Shown piece by piece: positions 41,423 to 51,300 of a stretch of 64,000 nucleotides of DNA. This DNA comes from an uncultured Bacteroidota bacterium. Its GTDB lineage: Bacteria > Bacteroidota > Bacteroidia > Chitinophagales > Chitinophagaceae. Position 1 is the stretch's first letter, and every line of letters begins with the position of its first letter. Location: NCBI GenBank assembly GCA_963750825.1, contig CAVVSL010000001.1, forward strand, positions 2,253 to 66,252, read 5' to 3'. The notes beneath the pieces were generated by a model. It saw nothing but the letters and a program-made list of their open reading frames with translations. It was not told the origin of the DNA and made no database searches. The position numbers and the translations under genes were made by a program.

Positions 41423-42076
41423 ATGATTATAAAAATGAAATCTATGAAAACCTTATTAGTTAGCCTTTTTTCACTGGTACTGTTTCAAGCTAATGCCCAA
41501 CAAAGGGTAGTAGCGGACTGTACGGTTACTTTCGCGATTAGTACTGATGAAAGCAATACTGATAAAACGGTGGTAGAGTCCCTGAAAGCCAGTACCAAAA
41601 CCGTTTATATACGGGCAAACGATAGCCGTACTGACCTGGTAAGCCCCTCATTTACCCAGACACTGATCTATAGTAAAACCTCCGGAACTGCCGTTATTCT
41701 GCGGGAATTTGGCAATAATAAATTCATGACCAGACTGGACAATAGTCAATGGCTGGAAGAGAATAAGAAATATGAGGGAATGAAAGTCAGTTTTGATGCC
41801 GGAGAAAAAAAGACAATCCTGGGTTATGATTGCAAAAAGGCAATATTGCAGTTAAAAGACAACAGTTCCCTTACCCTTTATTATGCCACTACGATTGTTC
41901 CTTCCGTTAAGGAGTTTGAATTCCAGTTCAGGGAGATACCGGGTTTTGTTTTGGAATTTGAATCCAGGGATACTGAGGGGAAGAAAATCAAATACACCGC
42001 AACAAAAATCAACCTTAGTCCTGTTCCGGCCTCAAAATTTGATATTCCTACCAGCGGATACCGGATACTTAACTAG
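41423..42076 (+). CDS. Secreted GLPGLI-like protein
   Basis: Signal peptide; KTILGYDCKKA, FREIPGFVLE and FDIPTSGY. Confidence 0.75.
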   Translation: MIIKMKSMKTLLVSLFSLVLFQANAQQRVVADCTVTFAISTDESNTDKTVVESLKASTKTVYIRANDSRTDLVSPSFTQTLIYSKTSGTAVILREFGNNKFMTRLDNSQWLEENKKYEGMKVSFDAGEKKTILGYDCKKAILQLKDNSSLTLYYATTIVPSVKEFEFQFREIPGFVLEFESRDTEGKKIKYTATKINLSPVPASKFDIPTSGYRILN

Positions 42077-42429
42077 CGTTGTTGGGGAGATGGGGTCTTG
42101 AATTTGGGAACCTTCACTTTAAATGTATAAGGATATACATAAGTTGTGCGTCCATTGTTAAAACGCATCATAGAATTCACTTCTATTCCTTCAGCCGTTT
42201 CCTTTGAAACCGAAGTAGGGCGTATGCCTCTGTAATCAAGACTATACCTTATTGCAGAAAAAGAAAGGCCTTTGTGGGATAATGAACTGAGGTTTTTTAG
42301 TGAATATTTACTGCTTTTAGACTTTTCATCAGCAATACCCGTAAAGGAAAATGCGGCATATACAACCTGTATACCCGCCACGAGGAGGAGTACAATTGCA
42401 GCTTTTCGTATGTTCCTTTTTGTGTTCAT
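42073..42429 (-). CDS. Hypothetical exported protein
   Basis: 118 aa with signal peptide; C-terminal GRTTYVYPYTFKVKVPKFKTP. Confidence 0.7.
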   Translation of the reverse strand: MNTKRNIRKAAIVLLLVAGIQVVYAAFSFTGIADEKSKSSKYSLKNLSSLSHKGLSFSAIRYSLDYRGIRPTSVSKETAEGIEVNSMMRFNNGRTTYVYPYTFKVKVPKFKTPSPQQR

Positions 42430-42563
42430 TTTAACAAATTTAGGGAATTTCTGTTAATAAAGGCGTTTTCTGTTTATTAACCTTACATTAACAAGACAAA
42501 AAAAGTGCCAAAAAGTTTAAAAAAATCTTTTTTTGTCCTAAATTGTATAAACCTAATAGCCAG

Positions 42564-43986
42564 ATGCGAGAAAATCCGTACCGCGAAGACCGCGAAGAGC
42601 TAAAAGAATTACTCCGCCAATACAATAATTTGAAGAATGGCCGACAGCACAGCTTTCTCGAAGAGGACGCCTTTGAACGGATTATTGACCATTTTGATGA
42701 AAAAGATGACCTGCCGGAAGCATTAGAAGCCTCCGAAATCGGTTTATCCCAGTTTCCCTACTCCTCCCAACTTATGATTAAAAAAGCTGATTTGCTTTTG
42801 GCATCCCGCAAATACAAAGAGGCATTAGAAATACTGGAAGTGGCAACCCTCTATGATAGCAGTGACCTGAATCTGTATATACTGAAAACAGATGCCTATC
42901 TGGCGCTTGATCAGCAACCCAAAGCAGTGGAACTACTGGAAGCCGCTTTGCAGCTTTTTGAAGGGTGAGGAAAGGCTCGACCTTTTGTTTGAACTGGCCG
43001 ATGTTTATGACGATTATGAAGAATTTGATAAGGTGTTTGACTGTTTGAAGCTGATTCTGGAAGAAGAACCTAATAATGAAGAGGCGCTGTATAAAATTTG
43101 TTTCTGGACAGATTTTACAGGAAGAAACGAAGAAAGTATCCGCCTGCACCAGCATATTATTGAGGATTTCCCATTCAGTGAACTGGCCTGGTTTAACATG
43201 GCTGCGGCTTACCAGGGACTTAAACTATATGAAAAATCAATTGATGCCTATCAATATGCAGTAGCCATAGATGAAAAATTTGACTACGCATACCGGAACA
43301 TGGGTGATGCCTATCTGAGGCTGAGAAAATACAAGGAAGCCATAGAAGTGCTGGAAAAAGTACTCGAACTTACCAGACCCGAAGATGTAATTTATGAAGC
43401 CATTGGTCACTGTTACCATAGAATGGGCAATTATGCCCAGGCCCGTTTTCATTATAAGAAAGCGGTACACCTTAACCCTGACGACAGCAAACTGCATTAT
43501 AAAATTGCGGTAACCTATATGCTCGAAGAGCAATGGCAAAGCGCCGTGAAGCAACTGGACAGTGCCATGCGCATTCACAGGTCTGTTCCCGATTATAACC
43601 TGGCCATGGGGGAGTGTAAAATGCACCTTGGACAATGGAAGGATGCTATTCAGTACTTCGGCACTGTGGTAAGGCATAAACCCAAAGGGGTTGCCGGATG
43701 GGAAGCCCTGATCCGTTGTCTGATAAAAGCAGGCTTCCTGGAAGAAGCTATTGAACAGTGTCAGGCGGCTACCAAATCTACAGATGGTAAACCCATTTTC
43801 GGTTATTATTACAGTTCCATACTTTTCTCTCTCGGAAAATCCAAAGAGGCTTTGCTTAAACTGGAACAAGCCATGGAAAAAGCCCCCAAGCTATTGAAGA
43901 AATTCATAGAACTAAATCCATCCATTCTGCAAAACAACCAGGTGGTTGATATAGTGGCAAGGTATAAAAAGGGAAAAAAGATATAA
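42564..43986 (+). pseudogene. Tetratricopeptide repeat protein split by a +1 frameshift (sequencing error, mutation or recoding)
   Basis: The first frame ends at GAA GGG TGA (42960-42968). Removing one G gives ..LFEGEERLDLL.. and a continuous 473-aa TPR protein. Confidence 0.85.
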
Positions 43987-44030
43987 CCCCCCTATATTTA
44001 AAGCGGATGCCGTAAACCAACCGTTTAACC

Positions 44031-44038
44031 TATTTTTG
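44031..44038 (+). promoter_or_regulatory. -7 promoter element for comA
   Basis: TATTTTTG, 20 nt before the ATG. Confidence 0.5.
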
Positions 44039-44058
44039 CCGCGGTAAAAAGACGCTAT

Positions 44059-44823
44059 ATGAATTTTCATCTTTCTCAGATTCCGGAACGGACAAAACAA
44101 CCCAGAGTTTCTGGCCTTACAATGGTTATGGATAAAGGGCTCAGTATTCCGGAAGTACAGAATTTTATGGATGGATGCCGTCCCCATGTTGATATCATAA
44201 AACTGGGATTCGGAACCTCTTTTGTTACCCCCAGACTAAGGGAGAAAATTGAATTGTACCAATCATTTGATATTCCTATTTATTTCGGGGGCACTTTGTT
44301 CGAAGCCTTTCTCATCCGTAACCAGTTCGAAGATTTCATTGCGGTGTGTAAGGATTATGGAATCAATTATGTGGAAGTAAGTGACGGCTCTGTTAGCATT
44401 CCCCATTCTGAAAAATGCGGATACATAGAAAAGCTGACCAAGCATGCAACCGTTTTTAGTGAAGTGGGAAGCAAAGATGCCGCACATATTATTCCACCGT
44501 ATAAATGGATAGAACTGATGCGCGCAGAACTGGAAGCCGGGTCTTCTTATGTAATTGCAGAAGCCCGCGAAGCAGGAAATGTAGGCATATACAGGGGTAG
44601 CGGTGAAGTAAGAGAAGGACTGGTTCAGGAAATCCTCACCCAGATACCGGAAGAAAAAATTATCTGGGAAGCTCCGCAAAAGGCACAACAATTGTATTTT
44701 CTGGAACTCATTGGCTGTAATGTTAACCTGGGTAATATCGCCCCTAATGAAGTGATTCCGCTGGAAGCCATGCGTATCGGTTTGAGGGGTGATACCTTTG
44801 ACCTTTACCTGGATAAAAAGTAA
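44059..44823 (+). CDS. comA: Phosphosulfolactate synthase (ComA family)
   Basis: PRVSGLTMVMDKGL, KLGFGTS, GGTLFE, SEVGSK, WEAP and VNLGNI. Confidence 0.92.
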   Translation: MNFHLSQIPERTKQPRVSGLTMVMDKGLSIPEVQNFMDGCRPHVDIIKLGFGTSFVTPRLREKIELYQSFDIPIYFGGTLFEAFLIRNQFEDFIAVCKDYGINYVEVSDGSVSIPHSEKCGYIEKLTKHATVFSEVGSKDAAHIIPPYKWIELMRAELEAGSSYVIAEAREAGNVGIYRGSGEVREGLVQEILTQIPEEKIIWEAPQKAQQLYFLELIGCNVNLGNIAPNEVIPLEAMRIGLRGDTFDLYLDKK

Positions 44824-44826
44824 ATC

Positions 44827-45555
44827 ATGCGAAGGTTCGGATTAATCGGGTACCCCTTAACGCATTCTTTTTCTCAAAAATATTTTACAGAAAAATTTGC
44901 ACTTGCCGGTCTGGCCGATTGCAGTTATACAAATTTCTCTCTTAAAGAAATTGCAGCATTGCAGCCTATTTTACAAGACACCGAACTCTGTGGATTTAAT
45001 ATCACCATTCCTTATAAAAAAGAAGTACTCTCATTTTTACATGAAATGGATGAGGTAGTCAGTGAAATAGGCGCCTGTAATTGTGTAAGTATTCATAAGG
45101 GCATACTAAAAGGTTTCAATACAGATGTTACCGGTTTTGAACTTTCCTTGCTTCCTTTTTTAAAGAAACACCACAGGAAAGCCCTTGTACTGGGCAATGG
45201 CGGGGCTTCTGCAGCTGTAAAATTTGTGTTGTCGAAATTGGGGATTAGCTATTTATCTGTTTCCAGAAATACATCCCCGGGTGGTATTGTTTATGGGAAT
45301 TTAGATGAAAGCATCATGGACTCCCATCATTTGCTGATCAATACCACACCTTTGGGCATGTTTCCGAAAACAACGGAATGTCCCGATATTCCCTACCAAT
45401 GGATAACCCCGGAACACCATCTGTATGACCTGATTTATAATCCCGCAGAAACACGCTTCCTGCAGAAAGGGAACGCAATGGGGGCCACCATTCAGAACGG
45501 AGAAAAAATGCTGGTTATCCAGGCCGAGGAAAGCTGGCGGATATGGAACAGGTAA
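44827..45555 (+). CDS. aroE: Shikimate dehydrogenase
   Basis: GYPLTHSFS, NITIPYK, NTD, LGNGGA, INTTPLGM and DLIYNP. Confidence 0.95.
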   Translation: MRRFGLIGYPLTHSFSQKYFTEKFALAGLADCSYTNFSLKEIAALQPILQDTELCGFNITIPYKKEVLSFLHEMDEVVSEIGACNCVSIHKGILKGFNTDVTGFELSLLPFLKKHHRKALVLGNGGASAAVKFVLSKLGISYLSVSRNTSPGGIVYGNLDESIMDSHHLLINTTPLGMFPKTTECPDIPYQWITPEHHLYDLIYNPAETRFLQKGNAMGATIQNGEKMLVIQAEESWRIWNR

Positions 45556-45556
45556 A

Positions 45557-45997
45557 CTATCCCCGTTGCTTTCCCAGTTTCCTGATTACGGCTTCGGGTA
45601 CAGGTACTTTTTTCCCATTCCCATAATCATAACAGATCATGCCGGTTTTGGCCTTTCCGGCCAGCAGTGTTTCATCCTCCCTCATGATTTCCAGTAAATA
45701 AAACAGGTCAAACCCTAACTTATCGAATGCATCTGCTGTAACGGATATTTTTAACTTGTCGCCGTAGTGCAGTTCCTTTTTAAATTCAATGGCCACATCA
45801 GCCATTATCAATCCTATGCCTTCGATGGAAAGTTCTTCATATCCATGCGAGGCCAGAAATTGCTGCCGGGCCTCCTGTATCAATGAAAGAAAACTGTCAT
45901 TTCCCACATGTCCGCCATAGTTTAGATCCGTAATGCGGATGGTTAGGAACGTGGAAAAAGTAAATTGCTCCGGCAGGTCTAGTTTAATTCTGTTCAT
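45557..45997 (-). CDS. Acyl-CoA thioesterase (hotdog, 4HBT-like)
   Basis: RITDLNYGGHVGND motif; ATGA overlap with rdgB. Confidence 0.9.
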   Translation of the reverse strand: MNRIKLDLPEQFTFSTFLTIRITDLNYGGHVGNDSFLSLIQEARQQFLASHGYEELSIEGIGLIMADVAIEFKKELHYGDKLKISVTADAFDKLGFDLFYLLEIMREDETLLAGKAKTGMICYDYGNGKKVPVPEAVIRKLGKQRG

Positions 45998-46578
45998 GGT
46001 TGCTGCTGTAAAAAATGAATGAGTTGGGAAACTGCTTTTTGCCGGTGGCTGTATTGATTTTTTTCTTCCATGGTCATCTCTGCAAAACATTTATCAGCCC
46101 CATTGGGCATAAATACAGGGTCGTAACCGAATCCCTTACCACCTCTTGGTTCGGAAAGAATTTCTCCTTCACAAATGCCTTCGAACTGGTATTCCTTTTC
46201 CATAAAAATCAGTGATATGACGGTTCTGAAGCGTGCCTGTCTGTTCTCAATACCTTTCATTTTTAGCAGGAGCTTGTGGATGTTTTCCTGAAAATCCCTG
46301 CTGTCACCGGCATACCGGGCACTTTTCACGCCCGGTTCTCCATTCAGTGCCACCACTTCAAGTCCCGTATCCTCCCCAAAACAGTTTTGATGGGTAAGGC
46401 GATGAATCGTTGTTGATTTTTCGGAAGCATTGTCCTGCAGGGTATCGTGTGGTTCCGGAATATCCACTTCTATTCCGGCTTCCTGCATAGTAATAATTGG
46501 AAACCTGTCTCCTATAACTGACCTGATCTCCGCAACTTTGTGCTGGTTATTTGTGGCGAATATGATCCCTTTAGTCAT
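45994..46578 (-). CDS. rdgB: Non-canonical purine NTP pyrophosphatase (RdgB/HAM1)
   Basis: FATNNQHK, EDTGLEV, PGVKSARYAG, GFGYDPVF and SHR. Confidence 0.96.
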   Translation of the reverse strand: MTKGIIFATNNQHKVAEIRSVIGDRFPIITMQEAGIEVDIPEPHDTLQDNASEKSTTIHRLTHQNCFGEDTGLEVVALNGEPGVKSARYAGDSRDFQENIHKLLLKMKGIENRQARFRTVISLIFMEKEYQFEGICEGEILSEPRGGKGFGYDPVFMPNGADKCFAEMTMEEKNQYSHRQKAVSQLIHFLQQQP

Positions 46579-46634
46579 TTTATATTTATTTTTTTCAATG
46601 GCACCGTAACCGGTTTATAGTCGGCCGATTCTGG

Positions 46635-47165
46635 TTACACGGCAAATATTTTTTTCAGACAAAGCCATAATTTACTTTTCTCGAGGCGGGCCTCCTGGGT
46701 TTCCCCCAATATATTTTCAAGTGGGGGTGCCCACAAAAAAGTGCAGTTGTCGTGCTGCTGAACCTGGTAAAGTGGTACAGAAAAAGGAACCTGAAACGCT
46801 TTGGCACTAACCCCGAAAAGCAGGATAATCCTGGGACTAAGGTTTTCTTTGACATGCGCGTAGCTAACCGGGTGGTTTAGGTAATTGATAACGGCCACAT
46901 CACCCAGATTCAGTTTGCAGGCGCCTAGTATGGAAGATAAAAACTGCAGAGAGGCTTCATTCAGGTAAACAGCCTCATTTTCGGTAACCAGGATGCTAAT
47001 TTTTTGTAAATTGCCTCCCAGAAATGAGGGTTTTACTTCAATGGATTTTTCCTCTACATAGGTTTTATTTTTAGCAAGTTTAATATCCTCATTTACAATA
47101 ACAAGGTTGTTTTTATATAGGTCTGCCAGTATAAAATCCGGTAAACTATTGTTTGGTTTTTGCAT
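46635..47165 (-). CDS. Hypothetical protein
   Basis: 176-aa ORF co-oriented with rdgB; FLSSILGACKL and KSKLWLCLK. No function can be assigned with confidence. Confidence 0.75.
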   Translation of the reverse strand: MQKPNNSLPDFILADLYKNNLVIVNEDIKLAKNKTYVEEKSIEVKPSFLGGNLQKISILVTENEAVYLNEASLQFLSSILGACKLNLGDVAVINYLNHPVSYAHVKENLSPRIILLFGVSAKAFQVPFSVPLYQVQQHDNCTFLWAPPLENILGETQEARLEKSKLWLCLKKIFAV

Positions 47166-47231
47166 GCCTTTTGTAAATATTAACGACCGTTAGTTTTAAT
47201 TTTTTTGTTTATTTGCGTCAAATATAAAACT

Positions 47232-48296
47232 ATGGTAGAAGCATTGGACATAAACGTTACGAAAGTTGAAAGGAGTAAGTTACTGGAAATGAATCTGGAT
47301 AATGTCCCTTTTGGCAGGTTTTTTACGGATCATATGCTGGAAGCAGATTATGAGAACGGGGAATGGAAAAATGTTGAAATCAAGCCCTATCAGCCACTTT
47401 TGCTCGACCCATCTACGGCGGCTTTGCATTATGGTCAGGCTATTTTTGAAGGCATTAAAGCGTATAAGGATAGTAAGGGAAATGCATTTATATTTCGTCC
47501 GCAAGATAATTTTAAGAGATTTAATACCTCTGCAGCCAGGATGAATATGCCTGAAGTACCGGAGGATATTTTCATGGAAGGTATGCGGATGCTGATTGAT
47601 ATGGACAGGAACTGGATTCCTTCCAAAGCCGAACATTCCCTGTATATAAGGCCATTTATGTTTTCTACTGACACTGCCATTGGAGTAAAACCTTCAGAAA
47701 CCTATAAATTCCTGATCTTATTAAGTCCCACCGGTCCCTATTATGCTGCACCCATGAAAATTTATGTGGAAGAAAAATATACACGTGCGGCTCCAGGTGG
47801 TGTGGGTTTTGCCAAAAATGCCGGTAATTACGGAGCGAGTATGCTGGCCACTACTATAGCCAAAAAAGAAGGGTATGACCAGGTATTGTGGACGGATGCT
47901 TTTGAACATAAATACCTGCAGGAAGTAGGAACCATGAATGTATTTTTTGTGATTGGTAACAAAGCGATCACTCCTTCTCTGGAAGAGGGTACCATACTGG
48001 AAGGTGTAACCCGTGACAGTGTCATCACCATATTAAATGAAATGGGCGTTACGGTTTCAGAAGAAAAAATCACCATTGATGACCTGATTGCTGCGCATAA
48101 AAGTGGCGAATTGAAAGAAGTGTTTGGTACGGGTACTGCCGCAACCATTTCCATGATCAGGGAACTGAAATACAAGGACTATGTGATGCAGTTTGATACG
48201 AATGCGTGGGTAACTGCTCCCGAAGTCAAATCCCGGATGAATGCCATCCGTGAGGGCAGGGTGCCTGATACACATGGCTGGATGTATAAGGTTTAA
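47232..48296 (+). CDS. ilvE: Branched-chain amino acid aminotransferase
   Basis: LHYGQAIFEG, LYIRPF, AKNAGNY (PLP Lys), ILEGVTR and FGTGTAA. Confidence 0.96.
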   Translation: MVEALDINVTKVERSKLLEMNLDNVPFGRFFTDHMLEADYENGEWKNVEIKPYQPLLLDPSTAALHYGQAIFEGIKAYKDSKGNAFIFRPQDNFKRFNTSAARMNMPEVPEDIFMEGMRMLIDMDRNWIPSKAEHSLYIRPFMFSTDTAIGVKPSETYKFLILLSPTGPYYAAPMKIYVEEKYTRAAPGGVGFAKNAGNYGASMLATTIAKKEGYDQVLWTDAFEHKYLQEVGTMNVFFVIGNKAITPSLEEGTILEGVTRDSVITILNEMGVTVSEEKITIDDLIAAHKSGELKEVFGTGTAATISMIRELKYKDYVMQFDTNAWVTAPEVKSRMNAIREGRVPDTHGWMYKV

Positions 48297-48319
48297 ATAC
48301 GCACGAGATAATTGAAAGG

Positions 48320-48349
48320 AAAACTGCCTCGATCGAGGCAGTTTTTTTT
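48320..48349 (+). terminator. Intrinsic terminator of ilvE
   Basis: AAAACTGCCTC-gatc-GAGGCAGTTTTTTTT. Confidence 0.85.
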
Positions 48350-48396
48350 GGCATTTTTTCCGGAAATGCCTTCTCACAAATTACCAGCCTGTTAGT

Positions 48397-51300
48397 TTAT
48401 TGCTTAATTATTTTTTCAGTTGCCAGGTACTTTCCGCTTTGTAACCTGATCAGGTATAACCCTTTCACCAGATCCCCTGTTGGGATGGTTACCCCTCCTT
48501 CTTTTTGAAGTCCCAAATCCCTGTTTTTTACCAGGTTTCCCGATAGGTTAAGTAGGCTTACTGAAGTATTGCCCCATTCTGGTAATGTAAAAGCTACGTT
48601 CACATAATCCTTTGCAGGAACCGGTGACACACGCAGCTTAATACGGCTAACATTTGACATTCCCTCCTGATTTTTCTTGCTGGCAGTAATTTCAAAACGA
48701 TTTTTGCCCAAACCCGTCGTATCTGTTTCAATGCTAAATAAATAACTACTGTCTTTTTCGAGGGGCATCCATTTGTCCATCTTCTTATCATGCAGGAATA
48801 GATCCAACGACTGCGGCAGATTATTCTTTGCCACCCTTATTCTGAACGCACCCTTCTCCTTGCATTGAATGCCCATGGGAATGGTCGAGGTTTTGTTGAT
48901 GGGTCTGGCATCCACAGAGAGTGCAAAACCGTCTTTACTGAGGCTGTAAAAATTAACGGATGGATTATTAATTTTCACCGCGTCCAGTTTGTCCCTGAAT
49001 GTTTTGGCACTGTCTATTGCCAATAATAGTATCCGGTCATAAAACAGACTATCTGTCTCTAATCTCAATTCCAGGTGGAAGGCGTCCTCCTCTACCGAGA
49101 GGGGAATTCCATTGGTTACCCCTCCAGTTGTTTTACAGTTTTCAGTAAACAATACCTTATTAACAGAACTGTCTGTCATTCGTATGATGAAACTACCCAT
49201 TCGGGGAAGTATGTAATCCTCTTTGAAAGAAACAGCACTGTAACCGCCATTCTTTCCCTGGTCCGTATTCCATACCCAGAAGTAGTTTCCCATACCTTTA
49301 TTTCCCTGAAGGAATCTCGTGTTGATAGAAGAAATGTAGGGGTTGGCAATAACCTGGAATGCTGGTTTACCGGGATTATCCAGAAATACTTCCTGTTCTC
49401 CCGTAAAAAGGGAACCTCTTAAATTGAGTTGTACCGGTTGCGGTAAATAGGTTCCATTTTTTCCGTCTCCCGGGGGGGTGCCATCCAGGCCCTGTCCGGG
49501 CCGGCCCCTTACCAGTATTTTGATTCCGGTAAGCGGATCCCAGGTATTATTGTTTTCTCCATTGGTCCTGGTAAATGGGGTCCACCCATTTTCAAACCCC
49601 AGCGAATCTGTACCGTTACGGGGTAGAAACTTAAAAGCAGAAGGCTGTTGCCCGCCTGCATTAACAAACCCATTAGATGCCCCACCCTCACCGGTAATGT
49701 CAATGCTATCTTTTAGCTGATCCAGGTTGAATGGCTTGTTGAAAGGATTGCCTAAAATCAGGTAAACAGGTTTGTTTGTACGAATAATATGTTCCAGGCA
49801 TACTTCCCCGGAAATAGAGGCGCCTTGCGCAGTTGCGCCAACTCTTGCATTCGGGCCTAAGGTGAGTAGATTTCCGGTTACAAATTGTCCTTTTTGCAAT
49901 AATAGGGAACCGCTTAAGTAAAGAGAATCCTGTAAAAAGATTTGTGATGGATTATTTGTTATTACAGTATTAATGGTTTGTTTTCTGAAAATTTTTGAAG
50001 GAATTTTTTGTGGAGCATTACCCCTGAACACGATATTTCCATTTTCAGTTTCTATCATTCCTGAAGTATCATTGATGATACCATCAACCAGCAAGGAACC
50101 TTCATTCACCAATATTGCATTGTTCGCGATGGTTAAATGATTGCAAAAAGCAGAATCTTTAATAATGGGAAAGTGAGGGGTGCCGGCTAATATGGTGACA
50201 TCTGTTTGTTTGTCGGGTAACCGTTGGTTACACCAATTACCGGGATGGTTCCAGTTATTATTGTCATTACCTGTCCAAACCCCTTCTAACAATACCTGCA
50301 CCCGGGTTGGAGAAGATACACTTATACAATCCCCTGAAATTACTTTCCTTCTGAACCAGGTACTTTGTGAAAGTTTAGGGGGATAATAATGTTGGCCATT
50401 AATTGCACCATTGGCTTTGGTGAAAATTACCGGATCAGTATAGTTGGATAGCTCCCATGTATGCAAGTATTGTCCATTACCCCCTGAAGGAATTGTTCCG
50501 GTAATCACAGACGGCGCGTTATTTATACAAACCAATTGGTTAGGGCCGGTCTGGTTATCGGTAATGTCAGGGTATATGAATAAGTATATTTTCTTTTCTG
50601 TACTATTAACGCCATCTGTAGCCTTTACCAATAATGAATCCTGTCCAGTATATTTTCCTTCCGGCTGGTAAATAATTCCTTTGGGTAGGATGGATTTGCC
50701 ATTGGCATTTGCCGTATAAACGGTTTTGGGAAGGTTGCCATGTTTTGGCGGCGAAATAATTTCCCAGGATAATAATTCCCCGATTTCTTCCTCCCAAACT
50801 TCTAATGAAGCGGATACATCCAGACCGGTTGAATTTTCACATAAACTGTCGGTTCGTTTTTCCTTTAGCACAAATACCGGCGCTACTGCATCCACTTTTA
50901 TATAGGATAATGCGCCAATATTTTTTAAGCCCAAAATAGCCGGATTGCCTGCATTATCCGTAATATCCGTATTGAATGCATAAATCATCGAATCCAGTTT
51001 TATGCCATTTTTGTCAAGGTTATTTTTTTCAATTCGGTATTGACATTGAAGTTCTTCTGTTTGATGTCCTTTGGTATAATTGGCCCTGACCAACTGGTTA
51101 CCAATATATACCTGCAACCAGACACTTCCCTTATTTTCTCTCACATAAACGGGTTCTGAAAAATGAATTAAGAATGAAAGTGTGTCACCTTCCCGGTAAG
51201 TATTTTTGGTTGGGGTAATTACATATTGAACAAACGGGGCAACAGCGTCTACCTTTATTTCTTTTAAATCAGGAATGCCACCCAGTGTTAAGGGAATATT

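Noticed and set aside
42966-42968. TGA as selenocysteine or readthrough codon
   Set aside because: The downstream TPR sequence is in a different frame, so readthrough would not restore it.
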